Origin: Mesotaenium endlicherianum
Lineage: Eukaryota
Assembly: GCA_009602735.1 (NCBI GenBank)
Contig: WELA01000805.1
Span: 640,387 to 678,165 of the forward strand
Reading direction: 5' to 3'
Length of the DNA stretch: 37,779 nucleotides
Shown here: positions 1 through 10,287 of the stretch, piece by piece
How positions within the stretch are numbered: the stretch's first letter is position 1
How the letters are laid out: each line of letters opens with the position of its first letter
The notes under the pieces: model-generated
Databases searched by the model: none
Told to the model about the DNA's origin: nothing
Seen by the model: only the letters and a program-made list of their open reading frames with translations
Made by a program: the position numbers and the translations under genes

Positions 1-42
1 CCTCCTCCCCCCCTCTCCCCCCCCCTAACCTCTCGCTCTCAC

Positions 43-100
43 TCTTGCCCAAGCTCTCCGGCGGTGAAGCGCGCGTCCAGGGCGAAGGTGGAAGCATACG
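43..100 (-). CDS. Possible next eIF2B-epsilon exon (YASTFALDARFTAGELGQE)
   Basis: Its phase-1 start matches the phase-1 end of exon 687-819, it has a GA|GTGAGA donor, and it resembles the recalled 'ELG' segment after [10 protein letters not shown] in plant orthologues. The acceptor reads ccccgg rather than cag. Confidence 0.35.
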
Positions 101-392
101 CCGGGGAAAAACACACACACACACACACACGCACACGCGCGCGTGCCCGCACATGCGTGCATTGCGGTGCGGAACGTGAACACGCTGGCGCAGGTCCAGG
201 CGCAGGCACGCCACCAGCTGCCAGCAAGGTGCATGTGCTGCTCAGCGCACACCTGGCATCAGCTCCTGTGCCCTCAGGCTTCTGAACCTAGGGTCCGCGT
301 CGACCCAATTCAGCAGCAGCGGGAACGACCTTGCCCGGGACAAGGCACCATGTCTGAGGGTAATGGGCCAGAGAGCCCAGTTGCAGGCCCCA

Positions 393-404
393 GTACTACA
401 ACTA

Positions 405-458
<54 letters not shown>

Positions 459-459
459 T
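393..459 (+). repeat. (TAC)n trinucleotide microsatellite
   Basis: tactactactac run, intronic. Confidence 0.95.
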
Positions 460-686
460 TGCCACCAATCAGGTAAGGTGAGCAGAACACAGGGGCCAGC
501 TCGGGCACGGAATATTTTAGGGGGGATGCGTTCCGCAGTTTCAAAGCCTAAACTGCTGAGCCGCAAACCACTGACGTTCATTTCTTGGCAGACTCCGGGC
601 CGCAACTCAAGCAATCAGTTTCAGAGGGGGTGCACTCGGGGGCGGAGGCGCAAAAATCGCGCGGCAGAGAGGGAAGATGCGCGCAC

Positions 687-3231
687 CGGTGTGGGCGGGG
701 CTGGCGGGGCGGGAGTCGGCGTACTCAAGCTCCTCGTCGCTGCTGTCCTCCTCCGTGGGCTGCTTGTGCAGCGACACCTTGGAGTAGGCCGCCACGCGGA
801 ACTCGTCGCCAATCACCACCTGCCCGCTCGCCGACCAGCCGCCCAGCCGCCCGGCCGCGGGGATCCTGGTGTCAGGTCTGGTGCTCAAGGAGGGGGTGCC
901 GATGCTGGTGCAAGTGTGCGTGCCAATGCAAGTGCGGGTGCGGGCGCAAGTTGGGTGCATTTGTGCAAATGTGCGAGGGTTTCGGCCCCACTCCCGCGTG
1001 TGCTTCAGGAAGAGAAGTGCTCGGTCAAGGGTGCTGGGATATGGAAAAAAAGTTATGCATAGCGTTTCAGGGACCGCGGGGTTTAGCAGCTCGGGAGCTT
1101 TGAGTTTCAGCGCACACAGTACGCACAATCGAGGAATTTCAGCGAGGCGTCAAGACGGAGGGGTGGATTTGCCGGCAGCAACGGTGCACACGTGCAGGGG
1201 GCGCGGGAAAGGACAGGTACAAGAAAACATGCGTGATGAGATTGACAACAGGCACCGAAGCGCCACCTGGCGCGCATGTGCTGGAGCAGGGCGTCGACAC
1301 AAGGAACAGAAGAAAAAGAGGAGGCATCGCATGCGGAGGTACGCGCCAGATAAAGTGCAAAGCTTGCGTGTGGATGGATGAAATCAGGCGTGCGGGCGGA
1401 CAGGTGGCGGCAGCACCTTGAAGGAGAGCACGGAGCCGGCCTCCACGACAGCCTTGCTGCGCACGGTGGCGCCGTCGCACAGCAGACTGTGCGCCAGCTC
1501 AGCGCGGTCCCCCACGGTGACGCCGCTCCAGAGGTAGCAGCCGTCAATGACGACGTTGCGGCCGATGGTGCAGTTGCGCCCGATCACGGAGCCGCGGATG
1601 ACGGTGTTCTCGCCCACCGTGGTCCCCGCGCCCAGCACCGTATTCTCGCTCACCTCCGCGGTGCGCGCCAGCGTGACACCTATCGCGCCGGGACGCGCGC
1701 GTGTAAGGGGCACGCGCAATGCGGGTGGGAATGAGAGAGAGGGTGAGCGGGAAGGAGAAAGGGAGGACGGCTTCGGTGGCGCCAGCGTTGCATGTGGCTC
1801 CTTCAAAGCATGCTGGAGAGTCCCCACCCTCTCACTACGTCACACCCGGGACGAGGCAACCAGCCGGCAATGCTTGGAGATGCAAACTCCTTCTGGGCCC
1901 CAATAGGGAAAGAGGGGAAGGCGCGAGAAGGAGACGAGGAACCTAACACCGCTAGGGGTGCGTAAAGGCCCCATCATGTTTTTGCTGCAGCAGGCTGCAA
2001 CTCCTCAGGCGCCTCAACACACCCCACACCCCGACCAACGTGCTCGACTCCCCCACCCCAAGCGTATGCTAGGCTAGCCTAAACCCTGCCCCCGGATTCC
2101 AGGCCCCGTCCTCTAAACCCTAGACCTGCACTCCAAGCCTGCCACTAGGTGTTGGCAGAGGCCGCATTGCGCCAACATGTGACCTAGCTTTCCTTGGTTG
2201 GCGTGCCCGCTCCCCAGCCCATGCAGCAGTTGCAGCTGCGACAAGCGTAGGCCCCCTGCCCCTGACCCCAGTCCTGAACCCTAATCATGAAAGTGGAGGA
2301 TTGTCGCCGCAGGCCTTGCCTGGCTTGACGACTCTTGTTCTCCAGCCCAGCAAGCACACTTAACCCTAATGCTAACCCTAACCTTAAGCCTAAGCCTAAG
2401 CCTAACCCTAAGCCGCCGAATAAGTCGGTGCAGCCGGCCCTGTCTTTGTCAACATGCCGGTTTCCCAGCCCAGCACAGCTAAAACTCAAACTTCTAGGCT
2501 TACTCCTGTCCAGAAAGCCGTCAGATAGGTGGTGGCAGCAGAGCCGGCGTAGGTTGACGTCCTTGTTCCCCAGCTCAGCAAGCTTTCAACCCTTCCCAAA
2601 GCCGGGGCCTTTAAGCCTAATTGTGAACCAAGATATCTCCCATAAGGCCGTCCAACAGGCGGTTGCAGCAGCAGGCCTAGCGAGTACCTTAGACGACGTC
2701 CTTGGTTCCCAGCAGCAGGTCTTTTTACCCCAACCATCAACCTGGAGCCGCGGCCGGAGCCGGGGCCCATAAACCCCACCATGCGCCTGGAGCGTACCTT
2801 GGTCAACGTACTTGTTGCCGCGGCCGGGCCGCATGTCGCAGGTGCGCGCGCCGAAGCAGACCTCAGGGCCGAGCGGGAACACCCAGCGGCTGACGATGTC
2901 CTGGCTGGCCACGTCGTACGCGCGCAGGCTGTCGATCTGGGCCGCGTACTCGCGCGTCAGCTCGTGCAGGTAGATCTTGTTGCCCAGCACCTGCGGGAGA
3001 GCGCCGCAGAGGCGGCAGCCGCGTTCAGGGCACGTCACGACGGCGGGAAATCAAGGGCCAGTGACGCTGCCCTCAGGTTAGGTCAGGTCAGGTCAGGTCA
3101 GACCCTGTAACCACCCCCCCTTGCCCCCCCCCCCTTGCACTCATCCCTCTGGCTAAGGCCTGCACAAGGGCTGGATTGGAGATACACCATGGAGGTTCTG
3201 CGGGGCAGCTTCGGTGAAAGGCAAGGGGGGA

Positions 3232-3308
<77 letters not shown>

Positions 3309-4861
3309 NNNNNNNNNNNNNNNNNNNNNNNNNNNNNNNNNNNNNNNNNNNNNNNNNNNNNNNNNNNNNNNNNNNNNNNNNNNNNNNNNNNNNNNNNNNN
3401 NNNNNNNNNNNNNNNNNNNNNNNNNNNNNNNNNNNNNNNNNNNNNNNNNNNNNNNNNNNNNNNNNNNNNNNNNNNNNNNNNNNNNNNNNNNNNNNNNNNN
3501 NNNNNNNNNNNNNNNNNNNNNNNNNNNNNNNNNNNNNNNNNNNNNNNNNNNNNNNNNNNNNNNNNNNNNNNNNNNNNNNNNNNNNNNNNNNNNNNNNNNN
3601 NNNNNNNNTTTGCACGTACCCGGGGCAGCAGGGGGTCAAGGAGGTCCTGGACCTTGCCCCGCAAGGCGCCGGAGGGCGCCACGATTGTGTCAAACTGCCG
3701 GTTGAAACGGCGAAAAGCGTCGCGGCCATCGCCGCCCGCACCTGCGCCGGCACCGGCGGCGACGGCGGCGGGGTGCGCGAGCGCGTCGTCCATGGCCACG
3801 TTGACAAGCTCCGTCTTGAACTCGCGCCGCGCGATGCACGCCGCCAACCGCGCCTGCAGGCGCGCGCGCTCCGCGTCCAGCACGCGCTGCCCGAACTGCA
3901 GCGCACGCTTTAGGTTGGACGGCCGCGCCTCGCACCCCTGCCCCCGGAACTCGTGGATTGACACTTGGCCCGGCACCAGCGCGTACCTGCACGCGCACAG
4001 CCATGCACATGGGGACATGTCAGAAAATGGGCACGCAGGCAGGCAGGCAGGCAGGCGGGCGGACGGGCGGGAATGGGCACTTGTCAGGTCTGGGCTGCGT
4101 CTTGCTCACGCATGGGTGTCTGGCCTGTGCCAGTGCCTGTGCCTGGTCCACACACAGCCCTCCAAACATTCCGGGGACCCGATGTCACAGAGGCTCGTAC
4201 TCCTCTGCTGAGTGCCAAAGAATGCACCCGCAGTGTCTGCAGGGCTGCTAGGTGCCGCTAGATGCCGCCGTTGTCACCAGGACCTGTGACAGCATCGGTT
4301 CGCAGCCTGCCAGGACCCAAGCATGACGACAATGCTATGACTAACAAGGGGACACTGGGCTTGCACAATCTGGATTGGACGCAAATGGGCCAAGCATATG
4401 TGAGCGTATGTGGCGCGTGCATGCGTGTGTGTGTGTGTGTGTCCGTGTGTCTGCGTATGTGTGGGTGATGGAGAGAGAGAGGAGAGAGAAAAAAGGATGG
4501 GGAAAGTGGGAGGCCGTGGGCATCCAGAACATTACGAGCTGACGCCAAAGCCGAGCAGCGACTCAGCCACCAGCTTGGCCGCCTCGCAGTACTCGGCCGG
4601 GTGCGAGTTGTCGGGGATCACGAGCGGCCACGTGTGGGGGGGCAGCTCCACGTTGGGCCCCGCCTCCAGGATCTGCCGCTTCTCCATCACCACAAAGGCG
4701 AGCGTGAAGAGCTCGCACCCCCCGGCAGCGTCGCTGGAGGATGCCATGCTGGAGGCGGAGGCGGGAGCGGTGGCAAAGGAGGAGCTGCACGGCTCCTGCA
4801 CTTGCCAGTACAGCCGCTGCGCCGCCTCCGAAAACGGCTCCTGCGCAGGCGCGTGGACAAA

Positions 4862-4923
<62 letters not shown>

Positions 4924-6702
4924 CAAGCGAGGGAGAGCAGCAGCAGCAGCAGCAGCAGCTGCTGCTGCTGCAGGCCCTGGGGAGGTCCCAAAGGAGCAGA
5001 TGCAAAGGAGGGAAACGGAGGGGAGCAGGGGAAGGGAGCTGGGGTGGGGGGGGAAGGAGAGGAGAGGGAGGAAGGGGGGCCAGCCTCACCTCGTCGCCCA
5101 GCAGGCCCTTGACAAAGTCGCGCCGCAGGTGCTGGTAGTCGAAGTTGTCGGTGAACAGCATCAGCACCTCCGGCGCGCATATGTCGATGTGGCAGTCCTG
5201 CACGCGCGCGCGCGCACGCATACACACAAACACATACGCACACACACGTGCACGCACGTACGCACGCGCGTATGGAGCACCTTAGTATGTCACGCCACAC
5301 CAAGTCGGCCGGCAGATGGGCCAGCGGCTCTTCCTTCTCTGGCTGCTCCTGCTGCGTCTGCACCCGGCGAGCGAGACAGGGGCATGCTGGAACCACCTGG
5401 GGGAGTGCGCGAGTTCGCTTTGACATTGTAGCCAGAGAAGCTTTTCAAGAGCACATAATGGGTACATCTACACGTGCATACAAGTATATACATGTGCCCA
5501 CGCACACATAACACAAATACAGACACACACGTACCGGCACAATACATGCAAGAGTATTGCACAAATATGCGCAAATAAATGAAAAGATACATCTCGAGCA
5601 TTTAGTCGATGAGGTTGCCACCCTTTGGCCCCGTAATTGCAGCTCTTGGGGAGAGCGGGGAGGTTTCCCCCTCCCCCACTTTTCCACAACTCCCTCTCCA
5701 TGTGGTTGACGGCTGCAGTATCAGTCGGAATGACAATCATGATCTGATGCCAGTCTGAAAGAGCCCTGAGCAACTGGAGACATTCCAATTTTCAGCCAGA
5801 AGCGACTACAGAGCCTTGGGCGGGGAAGACAGCAGGAGCCGCCACCACCTGTACCTGCAAGTCAGACCGCAGCTGGATGGCCTGGTGTTCGTCAAACAGG
5901 GCCTTGTCCAGCGCCACCTGCCGCATGCTGCCACTCCTCTGAGACCCCTCCTTGTAGTCCCGGCTGGCAAAGTCTCGGCCGTAGTCAACGTGCACCAGTT
6001 GACCAGTGGCTGGGTTGACCCCGTACACGCTCTCCCCGCCGCCCAGCCGTGTCTACAGCCAAGGGAGCAAGCACGCATTAAGAGGAAGACCGGATGGGGA
6101 TTGGGGGGGGGGGNNNNNNNNNNNNNNNNNNNNNNNNNNNNNNNNNNNNNNNNNNNNNNNNNNNNNNNNNNNNNNNNNNNNNNNNNNNNNNNNNNNNNNN
6201 NNNNNNNNNNNNNNNNNNNNNNNNNNNNNNNNNNNNNNNNNNNNNNNNNNNNNNNNNNNNNNNNNNNNNNNNNNNNNNNNNNNNNNNNNNNNNNNNNNNN
6301 NNNNNNNNNNNNNNNNNNNNNNNNNNNNNNNGGGGAGAGAGAAGAGAGAGAGAGAAGGGGGGGGGAAGTTGGGGGATACATGTGTCAGGACGAAATTTAG
6401 AACAGCCAGCAAGAGTTCTTTCACAATACAAAAACTCAGGGTCGAAGATTTGTGCTGTTGTAGAACAAGACACACACGAGTCCACATTCACTAGAGGAGC
6501 AGGGAGAGCATGGTGAATGTTGTGGGGAAAGCACGAGCAGGAGCACGCACAGGCTGATTGCAGGCGTCGAGTGGGTATGGGGGCAGAAGTTCGCACATGC
6601 ATTTGCTCTTCTTTCTCATGTGCACTGATTGTGCATCTAAGTAATAAGCAGAGACACAGACATGCACGTACCCCTCCTTCTCTCTGTGTGCAAAGTTTGA
6701 GT

Positions 6703-6745
<43 letters not shown>

Positions 6746-9700
6746 CGTGCATGCGCAGGCGCACCCCTGCGATGCTGCGCCATGCGTTCTCCCAGAGGAA
6801 ATATATAAGGTCAAGGACGGTGCCTGACCAGGACAAACAGAAAAACACAACATACCCACAAAAAAAGGAGACGATGTGAGACAGGGAGGTAGGGAGCAAG
6901 CGCCACCTGGCGGGTGACGGGATGCGGCTTCGAGCGCCGCACAACGCTTGTCATAATGGCGTTCTTATCGGCCTTCTTGCGCTCGCGGTGCTCCGCCAGC
7001 ACCTTCGTCAGCGACATGTTGGACACCACGTCGCCGCTGACTAGGACAAAATCCGATCGGATCTGCGGGTGGCAGAAATGCACGGCATCTTTACATAATC
7101 TCTTAATTACTAGTGATGTACTATGAGTGATGATAACACGAGGTGCAAAAGGTTCTGCTTGCATGCTATAACATGCATGCTCACAGCCATGATATGCGTG
7201 TGAAGATGAGGGCGGTCATGTATCAACCAATTATAGGGCTTTCTTCTCTTCTGGGCTGAAGTGGTGACACACGCTCACAAACATGAACACCACAGCGTGT
7301 TCAGACATTCAACATACATATTACACACACATTTGATCCCCGCGTACACGCAATCGCCGCACAGCAGGTCGGTCCAAAGTTGGAAAGCTGTGCGCTCGTG
7401 AGCCCCACTGTCAGAGAATATCCCATCATGCTCCCTCACATTGCAGTGAACACAATAGGCACGATCCAACAGTCCCCCGGGTACGCCTCCAACATCGTCC
7501 CCACGTACCCATGAGCAATCAAGTCTGCCTGCTTCAAGACTGCCTGGGTGGGCTCTTTCTTGCCAGCCAATAAAGAAGAAGCCGCACTTGCCCAGCCACT
7601 CTGAACCGCAACAGTTCACGCGCGCTGCAGTCAAGTCCTGGTACATTGACGGTTTCCACAACCCCGGGAGTCCATCACAGGCCCACACGAGCCCCAGCTC
7701 GCAATCGACCAGCGTGAGTGGCACGCACATCGTCCGCAGGTAAACGGCGAGTCAACTTTGGTCTTGTACCAGTCCCCGTACAGTCAACACCGGCCGACAC
7801 TAAGCGAATAAAGTCAGCCAAGTCAGCACGAGTCAACAGATGGTCAACGGGGGTCAACGCACCGAGCCCTTCTGGTCGATGAAGCGGAGGGCGTCGCCGG
7901 CGCTCACGCAGTCGTGGGCCACGAGCGCGCGCACCTTCAGCCCCGGCTGCGACGGCCAGTACCTGTCCAGGTGCGCCTTCACCTGCCCCGAGTGCGCGCA
8001 GCAGAACACGTAGATCTCCTCCACGCCCGCCGTGGCCAGCCACTCCATCGTGTAGTCGATCATCGGCACGTTCACCAGTGGCAGCAGCGCCTGCGGACAG
8101 GGGATGGGGGCCGGCGGAAGGGGGGCAGGAGGGGGNNNNNNNNNNNNNNNNNNNNNNNNNNNNNNNNNNNNNNNNNNNNNNNNNNNNNNNNNNNNNNNNN
8201 NNNNNNNNNNNNNNNNNNNNNNNNNNNNNNNNNNNNNNNNNNNNNNNNNNNNNNNNNNNNNNNNNNNNNNNNNNNNNNNNNNNNNNNNNNNNNNNNNNNN
8301 NNNNNNNNNNNNNNNNNNNNNNNNNNNNNNNNNNNNNNNNNNNNNNNNNNNNNNNNNNNNNNNNNNNNNNNNNNNNNNNNNNNNNNNNNNNNNNNNNNNN
8401 NNNNNNNNNNNNNNNNNNNNNNNNNNNNNNNNNNNNNNNNNNNNNNNNNNNNNNNNNNNNNNNNNNNNNNNNNNNNNNNNNNNNNNNNNNNNNNNNNNNN
8501 NNNNNNNNNNNNNNNNNNNNNNNNNNNNNNNNNNNNNNNNNNNNNNNNNNNNNNNNNNNNNNNNNNNNNNNNNNNNNNNNNNNNNNNNNNNNNNNNNNNN
8601 NNNNNNNNNNNNNNNNNNNNNNNNNNNNNNNNNNNNNNNNNNNNNNNNNNNNNNNNNNNNNNNNNNNNNNNNNNNNNNNNNNNNNNNNNNNNNNNNNNNN
8701 NNNNNNNNNNNNNNNNNNNNNNNNNNNNNNNNNNNNNNNNNNNNNNNNNNNNNNNNNNNNNNNNNNNNNNNNNNGGTGGGTGTGAGGGGGCACAGCATCA
8801 TGGACATTAAGGGTTGCGATTGGGGGGTACAAAAAAAAATTTATCAACAAATCTCCCCCCTCCCTCTCCGTCTCCGTCTCCGTCGCCGTCTCCATCTCCC
8901 GTCTCCTCTCCCCTCTGCCCCCTCCCCCCCTACTTGCACACCTCAAACCAAGCACAATATCCCGGAGATACTCCCAAGACACAAGTTGGGAGGGTAATCC
9001 AGCTGCTTTTGGTCTAGTTTCGGGTTTTTCACGTTCTATGCTGACACGCAGATTCTTCTGTCCTGACTGAGTGCACATTACAAGGTCACTATCACCACTC
9101 CAAAGTGGAGAGGCAAGGTCCAGCTTTGGCTAAAACCTCAGGACCAGGTAGGAAGAGATAGCAGCACAGAATAAAGTGCAAAGCCCCCACCCAGAGAAGG
9201 GTGCCATGTCCCTGCGACAGCTGGCAGTTCGGCCACGTGGACACTTGTCTACGCGACATGGAAGAATTGGTGCTCGCTGTCTGTAACCCCAGGCCCGGTA
9301 GCGTGATGCAGTGACACCTGGCAGTTCTCCACCTAAGCTACACCCCCTGTCGGTGCAGCTCCTACTGCAGCAGAATGCACACCCCTTAAACCCCACACCT
9401 TTTCTCCTTAGTTTGTATACACATCAAAGAAGCCCCTCGCGTACAGTATACCACAGGCTTTGAGATATAAACTGGAGGGGCACGGCTGCTAAGGCTGCAA
9501 AAACCCTGAACCCCGACCACCCAGCCCTCTGCTGTGTGGGTAAGATGACCTTGTATTGGTTTAAAATGCCACATCTTGCCCTTTACCCCCCACGAACGTT
9601 TGGCTGCGCCCCCACATGGCTTGGGGCTGCGCTACAGCTTGACATGTCGATGAGCGCCACCTCTTATTCATCTTTCCAGACGACGATGATCCCCATTTGT

Positions 9701-10287
9701 TCATATTTGCGACAGGCTGCTTAGCGGGTATGCAATCTTACGTATGGCTTGACCTGGGTCTGTAATACTGAAAGCAAACACCGATGATGTAGATATATAT
9801 ACATATATACATATGTCTGTACATGTGTACACGTGTGATATATGTGTACATATTAATACGTACATGAACATATATGGATATGTACAATATTACCTGAAGC
9901 TGCAGAGCAGCATGGCCCTCGTTGGTGGCCACGACACCCTCGGTCCTTTTCAAAGAGTATATGCATGTAACCCATTGTCACATCCATACTCACCCATTAC
10001 ACCAAAGGGCAAGTTTGTCGCCCCCATAGAAGCCCGTACAGCAAGAGCAAGGTCGATGCCTTCAATGTCTTTGTATGTTTTGCATGCATAGACATAGTTA
10101 TGGGGGGACGAGAAGCCATGGAGGGCTGACAAGGTCGCATGATTAAGCATCAATGGCTGCTGACCTTGGGGCGATCGAGCGTAATTGGTCGGAAGCTCTG
10201 GGCAAAGGAATCTGCCAGCACAACAGCTTGGAGAGGAACACTGGCCTCGGTGTCCGCCACCTCAGCTGTCACCTTCTTCGGGGCCAT
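687..10287 (-). CDS. EIF2B5: Translation initiation factor eIF2B subunit epsilon, 8 exons visible; 3' part (W2/HEAT domain) lies beyond the left edge
   Basis: Exons with GT/AG ends and matching phases: 10165-10287 (MAPKK...[24 protein letters not shown]), 7863-8090 ([34 protein letters not shown]), 6907-7062 ([15 protein letters not shown]), 5855-6052 ([19 protein letters not shown]...RSDLQ), 5090-5197 ([39 protein letters not shown] motif), 2798-2990 ([10 protein letters not shown]...[12 protein letters not shown]), 1417-1679 (hexapeptide left-handed beta-helix, [21 protein letters not shown]), 687-819 ([10 protein letters not shown]). These are characteristic eIF2B-epsilon motifs. Confidence 0.95.
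2361..2411 (+). repeat. Degenerate telomere-like hexamer repeat (CCCTAA/GCCTAA)
   Basis: taaccctaatgctaaccctaaccttaagcctaagcctaagcctaacccta. Confidence 0.6.
3230..3308 (+). repeat. (GA)n microsatellite abutting an assembly gap
   Basis: Direct reading. Confidence 0.95.
3620..3986 (-). CDS. Coding-like exon of unknown function inside eIF2B-epsilon intron 5 (exon E)
   Basis: Acceptor gcgtgcag|G, donor CGG|GTACGT, open frame [44 protein letters not shown]...DLLDPLLPR, with G/C-ending codon bias like the real exons. Not eIF2B-like. Confidence 0.7.
4532..4840 (-). CDS. Coding-like exon of unknown function inside eIF2B-epsilon intron 5 (exon D)
   Basis: Acceptor cctgcgcag|GAG after (CT)n(GT)n tracts. 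Frame [18 protein letters not shown]...[59 protein letters not shown]. Ends either at TAA (4532-4534) or at donor TC|GTAATG (4536). Strong GC3 bias. Confidence 0.7.
   Translation of the reverse strand, partial: EPFSEAAQRLYWQVQEPCSSSFATAPASASSMASSSDAAGGCELFTLAFVVMEKRQILEAGPNVELPPHTWPLVIPDNSHPAEYCEAAKLVAESLLGFGVSS
4860..4972 (+). repeat. Compound (CA)n(GA)n microsatellite followed by (CAG)n(CTG)n
   Basis: Direct reading; the adjacent CAG and CTG tracts are mutually complementary. Confidence 0.9.
5281..5396 (-). CDS. Small F-box-like exon inside eIF2B-epsilon intron 4 (exon C)
   Basis: Two possible acceptors, ctcccccag|(5396) or gggtgcag|(5357), and donor AG|GTGCTC at 5281. Peptide [18 protein letters not shown] resembles the F-box start LxxLPxxxxxxIL. 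Confidence 0.4.

Noticed and set aside
3138..3197. Acceptor-like ccccgcag on the minus strand next to the (GA)n tract
   Set aside because: It gives only a short peptide without coding bias, and cannot be assessed beside the gap.
7675..9078. Long ORFs spanning N runs (also at 3088-4211, 5806-6944, 36590-37726)
   Set aside because: Their length comes from gaps translated as X.
9893..10153. Minus-strand ORF in eIF2B-epsilon intron 1 (…[23 protein letters not shown]…) with a nearby CAG|GTAATA donor
   Set aside because: It is short, has no GC3 bias, stops before the donor, and has no recognisable motif.
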